Positions 23,114 through 33,032 of a stretch of 35,962 nucleotides of DNA are shown piece after piece. Positions within the stretch are counted from its first letter, which is position 1; every line of letters starts with the position of its first letter. Under the pieces are notes generated by a model. The model was not told the origin of the DNA. It worked only from the letters and a program-made list of their open reading frames with translations, and did not search any database. Made by a program: the position numbers and the translations under genes. This DNA is from Patescibacteria group bacterium (GTDB lineage Bacteria > Patescibacteriota > Patescibacteriia > Magasanikbacterales > JBBTXJ01): positions 4,335-40,296 of the forward strand of contig JBBTYK010000009.1 of NCBI GenBank assembly GCA_038061815.1, written 5' to 3'.

Positions 23114-25447
23114 ATGCTGGCATTCGGCCGTTATGAACAACCGATACTCCGCATAACGCAGGGGCTGCTCTTGCTCGCTCTGGCGACTCCGCTGGTTTAC
23201 TCATGGGGTTTTGTTTTTCCGTTCGTCACGCCGCGCGTGTTTTTCTTTCGTTCGGTCATTCTGCTCGCGCTTGCCGGCTATGTTGCGCTGATTGCAATGG
23301 CGCCGGAGCGTTATCTGCCGCGCCGAAACGCGCTCATGCTGGTCACGGGCGCATGGTTTGCGTGGCTTATCGTGAGCGCGATACTGGGCGTTGATTCGTC
23401 GTTTTCTTGGTGGGGAAATTATGAACGGATGGGCGGATTGTTTACCCTCCTACACTACGGCGCATTGTTTGTAATGATGAGCGCCCTGTTTCGCGATGCG
23501 CGCTCATGGCGCGCCGTGTGGTGGGTAGTGGTCGGTGTTGGATTTTTTGTCGCCGCGGGCGCCGTCATTCAGCAGTTTAAACCGGATTTTTTGTTAGGCG
23601 GCGCGCGCGCGGCGAGTACGCTCGGAAACCCTATTTATCTTGCGGTGCATGCGGGTTATGTGATGGTAATCGGCGCGTATCTTTTGGGTACGATGCGCGA
23701 ACCCGGCATCATAGTCCCGCGCGGATGGTGGATGCGCGTGGCGCAGCTGTTTATTGTGGTGACGGTGGTTGGCATGGCGCTGGCGCTCGTGTGGTCTGAA
23801 ACGCGCGCGGCCTTGCTGGGCGTCGGCGCGGCATTCGTGTGGGTTGCCGCGTGGCTTGCGGTGGTTCATCAAAACCGGCGTGTGCGGATGGGCGCGCTTG
23901 GCGTGTTGGTGCTCATCCTCATTGGCGCTGCGGTGTTTACATGGGGCGGTTCCGTGTTGGAACGCGTGCCGGCGTTGCGTCGCGTGGCGCAGTTTTCGCT
24001 TGGCGATACGGTTGACACGCGTCTCCGGATTTGGCGCGTTGGGGTTGCGGCGTGGAAAGACAGGCCGGTTGCGGGATGGGGATGGATGAATTTCGCGCCG
24101 GCGTTTGACCGCCACTATGACCCGGCGCAACTCAAGCACGGCATGCAGGAAACGTGGATTGACCAAGCGCACAATGTGCTGGTTGATACGTTGACGACAA
24201 CCGGCATCGTGGGGCTGCTGATATATCTGGCGTGGTGGGGGGTGTTGTGGCGGGCTCTTTGGGTCGCGCATCGGCGCGGACGCGTGAGCAACACGCAATG
24301 GTTGCTGGTGTCCGGATTGTTCGTGTTTCATTTCGTGCAGAACCTGTTTAGTTTTGACCAGCCCACATCGTACATCATGCTGTTTACGGTTGCGGCGTGG
24401 GTTGCTGCGCACGGCGGCGCTGAAGAGCCTTCGCTCGTGCGCATGACGGCGTCTTCGCCGCGCCGCGCGCTGGCCGTAGCGGGACTGGCGGCGGTAGTTG
24501 CGCTTGGCGCCGCGTATTATACGAATGTGATTCCTGCAAAGGCGAATCGTTTGCAGATAGAGGCGCAGCGAGCGCTCATGCGCGGCGATGTCGGGCTTTG
24601 GTTCGGGTTTTATGAGCAGGCGCTGTCGCTCCGCACGCCGCATAAGAGCGATATGAGGAATCAGATGACCGCTGAATTTTTGGCGCGTAAAAATGAGATT
24701 CTTCCGCTTGATAAACGGTCCGTTGACGCGGTCATTACGGCGATTGTCCGCTATGCGGAGGAAGACGTTAATGAACATCCAAATCGGATAGGGCGCTGGT
24801 TGACGTACGGAAAAATATTGTCGGTGCAGCACGAGACGTTCCGCGTGGAACATCCCGATGCGGGGCCGACGGCGGTGCGGGCGTACGAACGCGCGCTTTC
24901 ATTGTCGCCGCGTCGTCAACAGGCGGCCATCCTCCTCGGGAGCGCCATTATGGCCGTAGAAGATTTCCAGCGCGCGCGGCAGGTATTACTTGCGGCGCGT
25001 TCGTGGTCGCCGAGCATTGCCGAGATTCACACGACGCTCGCCGCCATCTTTTTGCGCGCCAGCCAGTTTACAGACGCGCTTGCCAGTTACGAGGCGGGGA
25101 TGAGCATCGTTTCGCCGCAATCGGCGCTTTTGGATTTGCGTGCATGGCAGGAGGTCGGGATTTTGCACATGGAACACGGCGACCCGCTTCGCGGCGCGTG
25201 GTTTTTGGACACCGTCATGTCGTGCGCAACGCGAAAGGTGTCGTGGCGCGCGTGCGTTGAAGACGGCGACCCTGACATGCTTTCTACGTTCCGTCCGTCG
25301 CGCAAGGCGTTTGGCATGCTCGTGGTGTATTATCGGAAGAAGGGCGACCTGGAAAAGAGCCGTTTTTACGATGCTCTCGCGCGGTCTTATTACGCTGATT
25401 TTCAGGTATTTGAAGGCGGTTTAAAAGTCACTCTGCCGCCAGCTTGA
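23114..25447 (+). CDS. Paralogous O-antigen ligase (Wzy_C)-like + TPR-like protein (777 aa)
   Basis: Same architecture and blocks (GNPIYLAVHAGYV, SETRAALLGVGAAF, VAGWGWMNF). Starts 2 nt after the previous stop codon. Confidence 0.85.
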   Translation: MLAFGRYEQPILRITQGLLLLALATPLVYSWGFVFPFVTPRVFFFRSVILLALAGYVALIAMAPERYLPRRNALMLVTGAWFAWLIVSAILGVDSSFSWWGNYERMGGLFTLLHYGALFVMMSALFRDARSWRAVWWVVVGVGFFVAAGAVIQQFKPDFLLGGARAASTLGNPIYLAVHAGYVMVIGAYLLGTMREPGIIVPRGWWMRVAQLFIVVTVVGMALALVWSETRAALLGVGAAFVWVAAWLAVVHQNRRVRMGALGVLVLILIGAAVFTWGGSVLERVPALRRVAQFSLGDTVDTRLRIWRVGVAAWKDRPVAGWGWMNFAPAFDRHYDPAQLKHGMQETWIDQAHNVLVDTLTTTGIVGLLIYLAWWGVLWRALWVAHRRGRVSNTQWLLVSGLFVFHFVQNLFSFDQPTSYIMLFTVAAWVAAHGGAEEPSLVRMTASSPRRALAVAGLAAVVALGAAYYTNVIPAKANRLQIEAQRALMRGDVGLWFGFYEQALSLRTPHKSDMRNQMTAEFLARKNEILPLDKRSVDAVITAIVRYAEEDVNEHPNRIGRWLTYGKILSVQHETFRVEHPDAGPTAVRAYERALSLSPRRQQAAILLGSAIMAVEDFQRARQVLLAARSWSPSIAEIHTTLAAIFLRASQFTDALASYEAGMSIVSPQSALLDLRAWQEVGILHMEHGDPLRGAWFLDTVMSCATRKVSWRACVEDGDPDMLSTFRPSRKAFGMLVVYYRKKGDLEKSRFYDALARSYYADFQVFEGGLKVTLPPA

Positions 25448-25484
25448 CGCTCGGAAGGCGCCGTGATACGGTCCACCTTGTTCT

Positions 25485-27536
25485 ATGACGCCTCGTTTTG
25501 TTATTGCGATTCCCTCATATAATCGTCCTGCTGCGTTGGGGACGTTGCTTGCGCAATTGGATGCGCAGACTGACGCGCCTCCGTTTGAGGCGTACGTTCT
25601 GAACGACGGAAACCATGCCGAGAGCGCGCGGTTTCTTGAGATGTTTGCGCCGCGCCGGTACCGGCTGCGGGCGCGTTCAACGGCGGCGCCGAGCGGCCTG
25701 CCGAGCGCGCGAAATCGCATTCTTGATTGGATTGCGGAAACGCCGATGGCCGGGCCGACGTTTGTGTGCTTTTTAGACGATGATTGCGAGGTGAACACAT
25801 TTTTTGTTCAAGAGGTTGCGCGCGCGGCGCAGCGGTTTGATGCGTTCACGTTTCGGATTGAAACGATTGGACAGAGCGGCATCGTGAACACCCGCAATAA
25901 CCGCGCGCTTTCGTGGCTGCTCCGGCCGTTGCGCGGGCGGGTATGGCTGTCGCTTGGCATCATCCGCGGCGGGTATTATGAGTGGACGCCGCGGCCGGTG
26001 CGCGTTGACCAGCTCCCGGGCGGCTGTTTAATATATCGGTTTGATAAGTATCCGCGATTGCGTTTTGACGAGGCGTTGAACGACGGCAACGCGATTCTTG
26101 AAGACACCGAATTCTCCTGCGCGCTCCGCGCGGCCGGTGCGCGGTTGTGGTATATCGGCTCTTACGGCATCGTCCATCGGCCCGGCAGCGTGGGCGGGGT
26201 GCGCGTGGCCGTCAGCGAAGAAAAATACGAGTGCTATTGGCGGCATAAATGTTTTTTGGTGCGCAAATGGCGCGGCCGGTGGGCGCTTTTTACCGCTTTT
26301 CCGTTTTCTTTTCTGGAGAGCGTGGCGCTTTCATTATTGCAACGGCGATGGCTCGCAGGCGTCTGTATGCGCGCGTGGTTCAGCGAGCAAACGCCGCGCG
26401 GCGCGCACCGCGGTTTGCGTATTGCAGCGCCGCAGTCGGGCATCAATCCCGCTTCAACGCTGGGAGGAGAAGTGTATGACGCGTCTGTTTTGAAAGAGAT
26501 TGCCCGACAAGCGGATGTTGAGATTATTTTGCCGCGGAATAAACCGTTCAGCGACAATGGCGCGCGGTGGCGTGTGAGCGTCATGCCGGCCATCACGAAC
26601 GCCATCGGCTATTACGTAGGCATCTATCGGGCGCTGTGCGCAAACTACCGCGCGCGCCCCTTTTCAATCGTGCGCGTCCATTCGCCGTACCTGACGGCGC
26701 TCCCCGTTTTGTTTTTTGCGCGCCGGCACAAAACCGTGAAAACGTTCGCCAGTTATTTGCACGCGGAAGAGGATACGGTGTCGCGCGCGATTTCTCGTCT
26801 GGTCGTCAAACGATGGGATGCCATCGGCGCAATCAGTGAGGCGTCAAAAAATGAGTTGGTTTCTTTATACGGCGCCGATGCGGCGAAGATTGTGGTGACG
26901 TATCCGGGCGTGGACGAAGCGTATTTTGCGCCGATGTCGCACGAGCGTTTGCAGGAGTTTAAAACGGCGCACGGGCTTGCGGGTAGATTTGTGATACTCC
27001 ACCTCGGCAGTTTGATTGCGCGGAAAAATGTCTCGTTTCTCATTGACGTTATCGCGGCATTGCCTCCGCGCGCGGTGCTGGTGATTGCCGGCCAGGGGCC
27101 GGAGCGGAGCCGGTTAGAACGGCAGGCGGCGCAGGTTGGATGCGCCGACCGCGTGTGTTTTGCGGGAAGAGTATCGGAGGAGGAGAAGATGCTGTGGATG
27201 CATGCCACCGATGTTTTCGTGTTGGCATCGCACAAAGAAGGATTTGGCATGGGCGTGGCGCAAGCCGCCGCGTGCGGGACGCCTGGCATCGTATCGGACG
27301 TATATTCGTTGCCCGAGGTGGTGGCGGACGGTTACACAGGCGCGGTGCGGCCGCTGAATGTTGACGCGTGGCGCGCGACGTTGCAGACGTGGATGGACGA
27401 CCCAACGCCGGTGCAGCGTCTGGGAGCGCAGGCGCGTGTGCGGGCGCGCGAACGTTTCAGTTGGAAAGAGGCGGCGGCCGCGCAGTTGCGGCATATGCGC
27501 GCCATGGCGCATGAGGACAATAACGCACGCACATGA
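25485..27536 (+). CDS. Bifunctional glycosyltransferase: GT2 domain fused to GT4 domain (683 aa)
   Basis: N-terminal domain: FVIAIPSYNRPAALGTLLAQL and FLDDDCEV (DxD), GT-A/GT2. From about nt 26415: (L)RIAAPQ...HKEGFGMGVAQAAACGTPGIVSD (E-x7-E-type GT4 C-terminal domain). Confidence 0.85.
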   Translation: MTPRFVIAIPSYNRPAALGTLLAQLDAQTDAPPFEAYVLNDGNHAESARFLEMFAPRRYRLRARSTAAPSGLPSARNRILDWIAETPMAGPTFVCFLDDDCEVNTFFVQEVARAAQRFDAFTFRIETIGQSGIVNTRNNRALSWLLRPLRGRVWLSLGIIRGGYYEWTPRPVRVDQLPGGCLIYRFDKYPRLRFDEALNDGNAILEDTEFSCALRAAGARLWYIGSYGIVHRPGSVGGVRVAVSEEKYECYWRHKCFLVRKWRGRWALFTAFPFSFLESVALSLLQRRWLAGVCMRAWFSEQTPRGAHRGLRIAAPQSGINPASTLGGEVYDASVLKEIARQADVEIILPRNKPFSDNGARWRVSVMPAITNAIGYYVGIYRALCANYRARPFSIVRVHSPYLTALPVLFFARRHKTVKTFASYLHAEEDTVSRAISRLVVKRWDAIGAISEASKNELVSLYGADAAKIVVTYPGVDEAYFAPMSHERLQEFKTAHGLAGRFVILHLGSLIARKNVSFLIDVIAALPPRAVLVIAGQGPERSRLERQAAQVGCADRVCFAGRVSEEEKMLWMHATDVFVLASHKEGFGMGVAQAAACGTPGIVSDVYSLPEVVADGYTGAVRPLNVDAWRATLQTWMDDPTPVQRLGAQARVRARERFSWKEAAAAQLRHMRAMAHEDNNART

Positions 27537-30500
27537 ACATACTGTTTCTCAATGAATACGCGCATCCATTTGTGGCCGGCGGCGCTGAAGAATCAACCAT
27601 GCAGCTGGCGCGGGTTCTCGTAGCGCGAGGACACGCGGTAAGCATCCTGACTCCCAATTACGGCGCCGCGCCGGTGGAGATGATTGACGGAGTGCGTATT
27701 GAGCGCTACGCGTTTCCCAAACGCGGAAACAAAGAGCGAAAAACCATCGGCGGATGGTGGCACACCTCTCTTTTTTGGTGGTGTTACAGTTCGTTGCGTA
27801 CCGTGATGGCCGTGCGCCGTCTCGCGCCGGACCTCATTCATATTCATGGAAAATTCAGCATTCCTGCCGGCGTGATTGCCGGACGCATGTTTGGCGTGCC
27901 AACCTTGTTCACGGCGCGGGATTATCGCGCGCTGTGCAATTATGGACGATGTATCAGTGAGCATCCGACCAGTCGGCGATGCACATTTAGGGAGTATTGG
28001 CGGTGGGAGTTTCCTGCGTATGTACGTGCGTATACGGACGGCGGCGCGAAGGCGTGGTTCGTGAATGCGCTGTACGCGCTGCGCGGCCGCGCGTGGGCGC
28101 GCGTGCTGTACGCCGCGCTCAAACGAGTGGATGTCGTGGTGTGCGTGAGCCGCGCCGTGGCGCGGATTTACGAGGCGAACGGCATTTGGCAGACCCAGCC
28201 GATTTATAATATCCAGCAGCCGCTTTCTGAACCGGCGCGTCCGATGAGCGATGCGGAGGCGCCGGAGGCGCTCTACATCGGCAAATTGTCGCCCGGCAAG
28301 GGCGCTGGGTTGCTTCCGGAGGTTATTGGACAAACGCTTAAAGGGCATCCAACGCTCGTGTGGACGATTTATACGAATGGCGGCGTGCTTGAACGAACGG
28401 TGCGCGCGGCATTGGATGCGCATCTGTACGCCGGACGCGTGCGGATTTTACCCTATGTGCCGCACGAAGAACTCATGGCGCGCATCGCAGGCGCTGCAGT
28501 GGTGTGCATTCCATCAGTGTGGCAGGAGCCGCTCACGCGGCTTGCGCTGGAGGCGCTTCAATCCGGCACGCCGGTGGTGATTACGGACCGCGGCGGTTCG
28601 CGGGAGATAGTGGAGGATATGGTAACGGGGCGATTGGTGCCGGCTGATGCGCTTTCCATTGCAGAGGCGGTGCTTGACGTGGTGAATAATGGAGCACACT
28701 ATCGGGAACGCATCCGGGAAAAGCGGGAATCACTTACGAACACATTTTGTGTTCAACCCATTGCCGACCACGAACGGCTCTATGAACGATTGGCGCGCCG
28801 CGTTCTTTTTCAAACGCTCGGCGTCATTTTGCCGCCGGGCGGTTCGTTGACAGTGCTTGACCGTCATGGGCAGAAATCGCGGTATCTGACCTATCTGACG
28901 CGGTATGCGCAGGCGTTTGACCGTGTGTTGGTATTTACGTTTGCAGATGAAACAGAAGCAAGACTCCCCGCCAACGTGAAGCTGGTACCTCCATGCGCCC
29001 GTTCAAAACGGCTCTACACGTTTTTGCTGCCGTTCGCGCATCGGCGAGCGCTGCGCGCTTGCGGCGTACTCCGCGTCATGCAAATGGACGGATGCATTCC
29101 GGCGGTGCTTGCTCATTGGTTGTATGGCGTGCCGTTTGCCGTGACGTTCGGCTATAAATATGCCGAGTTCGCGCTGTTAAAGAACCGGCAGGCGTTTTCT
29201 AAAATCATGCGATGGATTGAGGCGCTGGGAGTGCGGACGGCAACCACGATTATTTTCACCACTGAAGAGCTGCGCGCGTATCTGCTCAAGCGATTCGGGC
29301 CGCGCATTGAGCAAAAATTGCTGTTGATTCCCAACGGCGTTGATACGCGGCAATTTTCGGAAGGCCGCGACCGCGACCCGCACACGCTGTTGTTCGTCGG
29401 GCGTTTGGAAGAACAGAAAAATTTGTTTGCGCTGCTTGAGGCCGTCGCTCAATTGCCGGAACGCGCAGCGTTGCGTTTGGTGTGGATAGGACGCGGCAAT
29501 TTGGAAGGCGCGTTGCGTCAGCGCGCGCGTGAGTTGGGCGTGTCTCTTGAAATTATTCCGCGCGTTGATAACGCGGCGTTGCCGCCGTACTATCAAAAGG
29601 CCGGCGTGTTCACGCTCGTGTCCCTGATTGAGGGCATGCCGAAAGCGCTCATTGAGGCGATGAGCGCCGGTTGTCCGTGCGTGGTGTCGGATTGCGACGG
29701 CAATCGAGTGCTTGTTGAGGATGGCGTGACAGGCTATGTCACGGGAACGGACGCGCCGTCCATCGCGACTGGTCTGGCGCGTGCGCTGGGGGATGCGGAG
29801 TTCCGCAGTCGTGTGGGCAGCGCGGCGCGGGCAAAGGTCGTAGCGCAGTATGATTTACGTCAGTTGCTTGAAAAGGAAATAAAGCAGCTTCTGGTTGCAA
29901 AAAAAGCGGTTATCGGGTACGATATGACGTCCGTATCTCACATGGAACACCCCATTAAAAAAGCGCTCATAACAGGTATCGGCGGGCAGGACGGCTTTTA
30001 TATGGCCGAGTTGCTGTTGGAAAAAGGTTATGAAGTGCACGGCATCATTAGACACGCGACCAGCACCGGCACGGACCGCATGGAACAGTTGCGCGCCGAG
30101 TTGCCGCACGGGTCAAGCAGCTTATTGCATTTGCATTACGCCGATTTGTCCGATTCCGGCAGTATCGGTATGCTGTTGGAACGCATCAAACCGGACGAGC
30201 TGTATAATTTTGCGGCGCACAGTCAGGTTCGCGTGAGTTTTGACATCCCCGAGTATACCTGCGATATTACCGGACTGGGGGCGGTGCGGGTTTTTGAGGC
30301 CGTCCGCCAGTCAGGTCTCCCGACGCGGGTGTATCAAGCGGGGTCGTCGGAGATGTTTGGCAAGGCGCGCGTCACGCCGCAAACGGAAGAAACGCCGTTT
30401 TATCCGCGTTCGCCCTACGCGTATGCCAAGGCCCTCGCGCATTTTGCGGCGGTGAATTATCGCGAAAGCTACGGCATGTTCATTTGCAACGGCATTTTGT

Positions 30501-30994
30501 ACAACCACGAATCGCCGCGGCGCGGGGAAATGTTCGTCACGAGAAAAATCACCAAAACGCTGGCGCGCATTGCGGCCGGCGAAGACCTGGCGTTGTCTCT
30601 GGGGAACTTGGATGCGGAACGCGATTGGGGATACGCGCCGGATTATGTGGAGGCCGTTTGGCGCATGCTGCAGCAGGATGCGCCGGACGATTATCTGCTG
30701 GCCACCGGCGTGGCGCACCGCATACGGGATTTTGTTGAAGCGGCCGGCCGCGCGTTGCATTTTGATATACGGTGGGAGGGACACGGCGCCGAAGAGCGCG
30801 GCAGTGATGCCGGCACCGGCCGCGTGCTCGTGCGCGTTGACCCGAAGTTTTTCCGTCCGGTTGAACCGGAAAAGCTCACGGGCGACTCCCGTAAGGCGCG
30901 CGCGAAGCTGGGCTGGGAGCCGCGCACCTCGTTTGATGATTTGGTGAGAATGATGGTGGAAGCCGATGTGGCGAGATTGAAAAATTCTTTATGA
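27533..30994 (+). CDS. Tri-domain fusion: GT4 + GT4 + GDP-mannose 4,6-dehydratase (1153 aa)
   Basis: GT4-1 ([20 protein letters not shown]...[23 protein letters not shown]). GT4-2 from about nt 28800 (...[23 protein letters not shown]). Gmd domain from about nt 29942 ([38 protein letters not shown]). No stop codon between domains. ATGA overlaps at both ends (27533-27536, 30991-30994). Confidence 0.85.
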   Translation: MNILFLNEYAHPFVAGGAEESTMQLARVLVARGHAVSILTPNYGAAPVEMIDGVRIERYAFPKRGNKERKTIGGWWHTSLFWWCYSSLRTVMAVRRLAPDLIHIHGKFSIPAGVIAGRMFGVPTLFTARDYRALCNYGRCISEHPTSRRCTFREYWRWEFPAYVRAYTDGGAKAWFVNALYALRGRAWARVLYAALKRVDVVVCVSRAVARIYEANGIWQTQPIYNIQQPLSEPARPMSDAEAPEALYIGKLSPGKGAGLLPEVIGQTLKGHPTLVWTIYTNGGVLERTVRAALDAHLYAGRVRILPYVPHEELMARIAGAAVVCIPSVWQEPLTRLALEALQSGTPVVITDRGGSREIVEDMVTGRLVPADALSIAEAVLDVVNNGAHYRERIREKRESLTNTFCVQPIADHERLYERLARRVLFQTLGVILPPGGSLTVLDRHGQKSRYLTYLTRYAQAFDRVLVFTFADETEARLPANVKLVPPCARSKRLYTFLLPFAHRRALRACGVLRVMQMDGCIPAVLAHWLYGVPFAVTFGYKYAEFALLKNRQAFSKIMRWIEALGVRTATTIIFTTEELRAYLLKRFGPRIEQKLLLIPNGVDTRQFSEGRDRDPHTLLFVGRLEEQKNLFALLEAVAQLPERAALRLVWIGRGNLEGALRQRARELGVSLEIIPRVDNAALPPYYQKAGVFTLVSLIEGMPKALIEAMSAGCPCVVSDCDGNRVLVEDGVTGYVTGTDAPSIATGLARALGDAEFRSRVGSAARAKVVAQYDLRQLLEKEIKQLLVAKKAVIGYDMTSVSHMEHPIKKALITGIGGQDGFYMAELLLEKGYEVHGIIRHATSTGTDRMEQLRAELPHGSSSLLHLHYADLSDSGSIGMLLERIKPDELYNFAAHSQVRVSFDIPEYTCDITGLGAVRVFEAVRQSGLPTRVYQAGSSEMFGKARVTPQTEETPFYPRSPYAYAKALAHFAAVNYRESYGMFICNGILYNHESPRRGEMFVTRKITKTLARIAAGEDLALSLGNLDAERDWGYAPDYVEAVWRMLQQDAPDDYLLATGVAHRIRDFVEAAGRALHFDIRWEGHGAEERGSDAGTGRVLVRVDPKFFRPVEPEKLTGDSRKARAKLGWEPRTSFDDLVRMMVEADVARLKNSL

Positions 30995-33024
30995 AAAAAG
31001 CGCTCATCACGGGTATCACCGGCCAAGACGGGTCCTATCTCGCCGAATTTTTGCTGGCAAAAGGATACGAGGTGCACGGTTTGATGCGCCGTTCTTCCAG
31101 TTTCAACACCGAACGCATTGAGCACATTTATCAGGACCCGCACGAGGCGAATCGCCGGCTGTTTTTGCATTACGGCGATTTGTCGGACGCGAGCAACTTG
31201 AGTCGTCTCATAGAAAAAGTTGCGCCGGACGAGATTTACAATCTCGGAGCGCAGAGCCACGTGCGCGTGAGTTTTGACATGCCGGAATACACCGGCGACA
31301 TCACCGGCCTCGGAACGCTGCGCCTCTTGGACACCATCCGCCTGTCCGGACTCAAAACGAAATTCTATCAGGCGAGTTCGTCTGAAATGTACGGCAAGGT
31401 GCGCGAGACGCCGCAATGCGAGACCACGCCGTTTTACCCGCGCTCGCCGTACGCTTGCGCAAAAGTGTTCGCTCATTTCACCGCCATCAACTATCGCGAG
31501 AGTTATGGCATGTTTATTTGCAACGGCATTTTGTTTAATCACGAGTCGCCGCGCCGCGGTGAGACGTTCGTGACCCGTAAAATTACGCGCGGACTGGCGC
31601 GCATCAAAGCCGGACTTGAGTCAACGCTGTTTTTGGGCAATCTGGACGCAAAACGCGACTGGGGCTACGCCAAAGAATATGTGGAGGCGATGTGGCTCAT
31701 GCTGCAGCAGGAACAGCCGGACGATTACGTCATCGCAACCGGAGAAAATCACACCATCCGCGAATTTGTGGAACGCGCGGCCGGCATGATAGGATACGAT
31801 ATTGTGTGGGTGGGAACGGGAACCGAGGAGCGCGGCGTTGACCGCGCCACGGGCAACACGCTCATCAGGATTGAGCCGCGCTATTATCGGCCGGCGGAAG
31901 TGGATGCGTTGCAGGGCGATGCCGGCAAAGCAAAACGCGTACTTGGTTTTGAACCGAAAACATCGTTTGAGGAGCTGACGCGTCTAATGATGGCGCACGA
32001 CCTTAAAAAGTACGGTTTGTCATTGTCGCCGCTTCCGGTTTCCTCTCAATTAGGCGCCGCGCAATCTGACGCCGCTTCCGTTCAGGGCGGCATGGCCAAA
32101 AACGCCAAAATCTACGTGGCGGGCCATCGCGGATTGGTGGGCTCCGCCATCGTGCGGAATTTGGAAAGCAGGGGCTACACCAACATCGTAAAACGCACGC
32201 ACGACGAGCTCAATCTCCGCGATGAACGCGCCGTCGCAGCGTTTTTTGAGCAGGAAAAACCGGAGTACGTTTTTCTCGCGGCGGCGAAAGTGGGCGGCAT
32301 CGTGGCGAACCAAGAGGCGAAGGCGGAAATGTTCTATGACAACACGGCGATTGAATTGAACGTCATTCATCACGCGTGGAAGAACGGTGTGAAGAAGCTG
32401 GTGTTCTTGGGGTCAAGCTGCATTTATCCGAAACTGGCGCCCCAGCCGATTAAGGAAGAGTATCTGATGACCGGCCATTTGGAAACCACGAACGACGCCT
32501 ACGCGGTCGCAAAAATCGCCGGCATTCAGATGTGCCGCGCGTATCACGAACAGTACGGCTTCAAATTCGTCGCCGTTATGCCATGCAATTTGTTCGGGCC
32601 GGGCGACAATTTTGATTTGAAGACCTCGCACGTCCTTCCCGGACTGTTGCGCAAAGCGGTGGAGGCGAGAGAGCGCGGCGACCGGCAGATGGTTATGTGG
32701 GGAACCGGCACGCCGCGGCGCGAGTTTTTGTATGTTGATGATATGGCTGACGCGTGCGTGTTTTTGATGAACAGCGCGGCGGAAAACGAGATTTTTAACG
32801 TGGGAATGGGGGAGGATATCGCGATTAAAGACCTCGTGCGGTTGATTTGCGAGGTGGTGGGGTATCGTGGCGAAATTGTCAATGATACTGCGAAACCGGA
32901 CGGCACGCCGCGCAAGCTACTTGACGTGAGTCGCCTTCATGCGCTTGGATGGAAGCATCGGGTGCCGCTCCGCGAGGGCATTGAGAAGACGTACTCGTGG
33001 TTTCTGGCGAATCGGCCGTCGTAA
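30991..33024 (+). CDS. gmd-fcl: Fusion: GDP-mannose 4,6-dehydratase + GDP-L-fucose synthase (677 aa)
   Basis: Gmd: [39 protein letters not shown] ~25-aa S/P/A linker follows. The Fcl domain starts at the internal Met at nt 32092: [30 protein letters not shown]. Confidence 0.9.
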   Translation: MKKALITGITGQDGSYLAEFLLAKGYEVHGLMRRSSSFNTERIEHIYQDPHEANRRLFLHYGDLSDASNLSRLIEKVAPDEIYNLGAQSHVRVSFDMPEYTGDITGLGTLRLLDTIRLSGLKTKFYQASSSEMYGKVRETPQCETTPFYPRSPYACAKVFAHFTAINYRESYGMFICNGILFNHESPRRGETFVTRKITRGLARIKAGLESTLFLGNLDAKRDWGYAKEYVEAMWLMLQQEQPDDYVIATGENHTIREFVERAAGMIGYDIVWVGTGTEERGVDRATGNTLIRIEPRYYRPAEVDALQGDAGKAKRVLGFEPKTSFEELTRLMMAHDLKKYGLSLSPLPVSSQLGAAQSDAASVQGGMAKNAKIYVAGHRGLVGSAIVRNLESRGYTNIVKRTHDELNLRDERAVAAFFEQEKPEYVFLAAAKVGGIVANQEAKAEMFYDNTAIELNVIHHAWKNGVKKLVFLGSSCIYPKLAPQPIKEEYLMTGHLETTNDAYAVAKIAGIQMCRAYHEQYGFKFVAVMPCNLFGPGDNFDLKTSHVLPGLLRKAVEARERGDRQMVMWGTGTPRREFLYVDDMADACVFLMNSAAENEIFNVGMGEDIAIKDLVRLICEVVGYRGEIVNDTAKPDGTPRKLLDVSRLHALGWKHRVPLREGIEKTYSWFLANRPS

Positions 33025-33032
33025 CATTTTAT

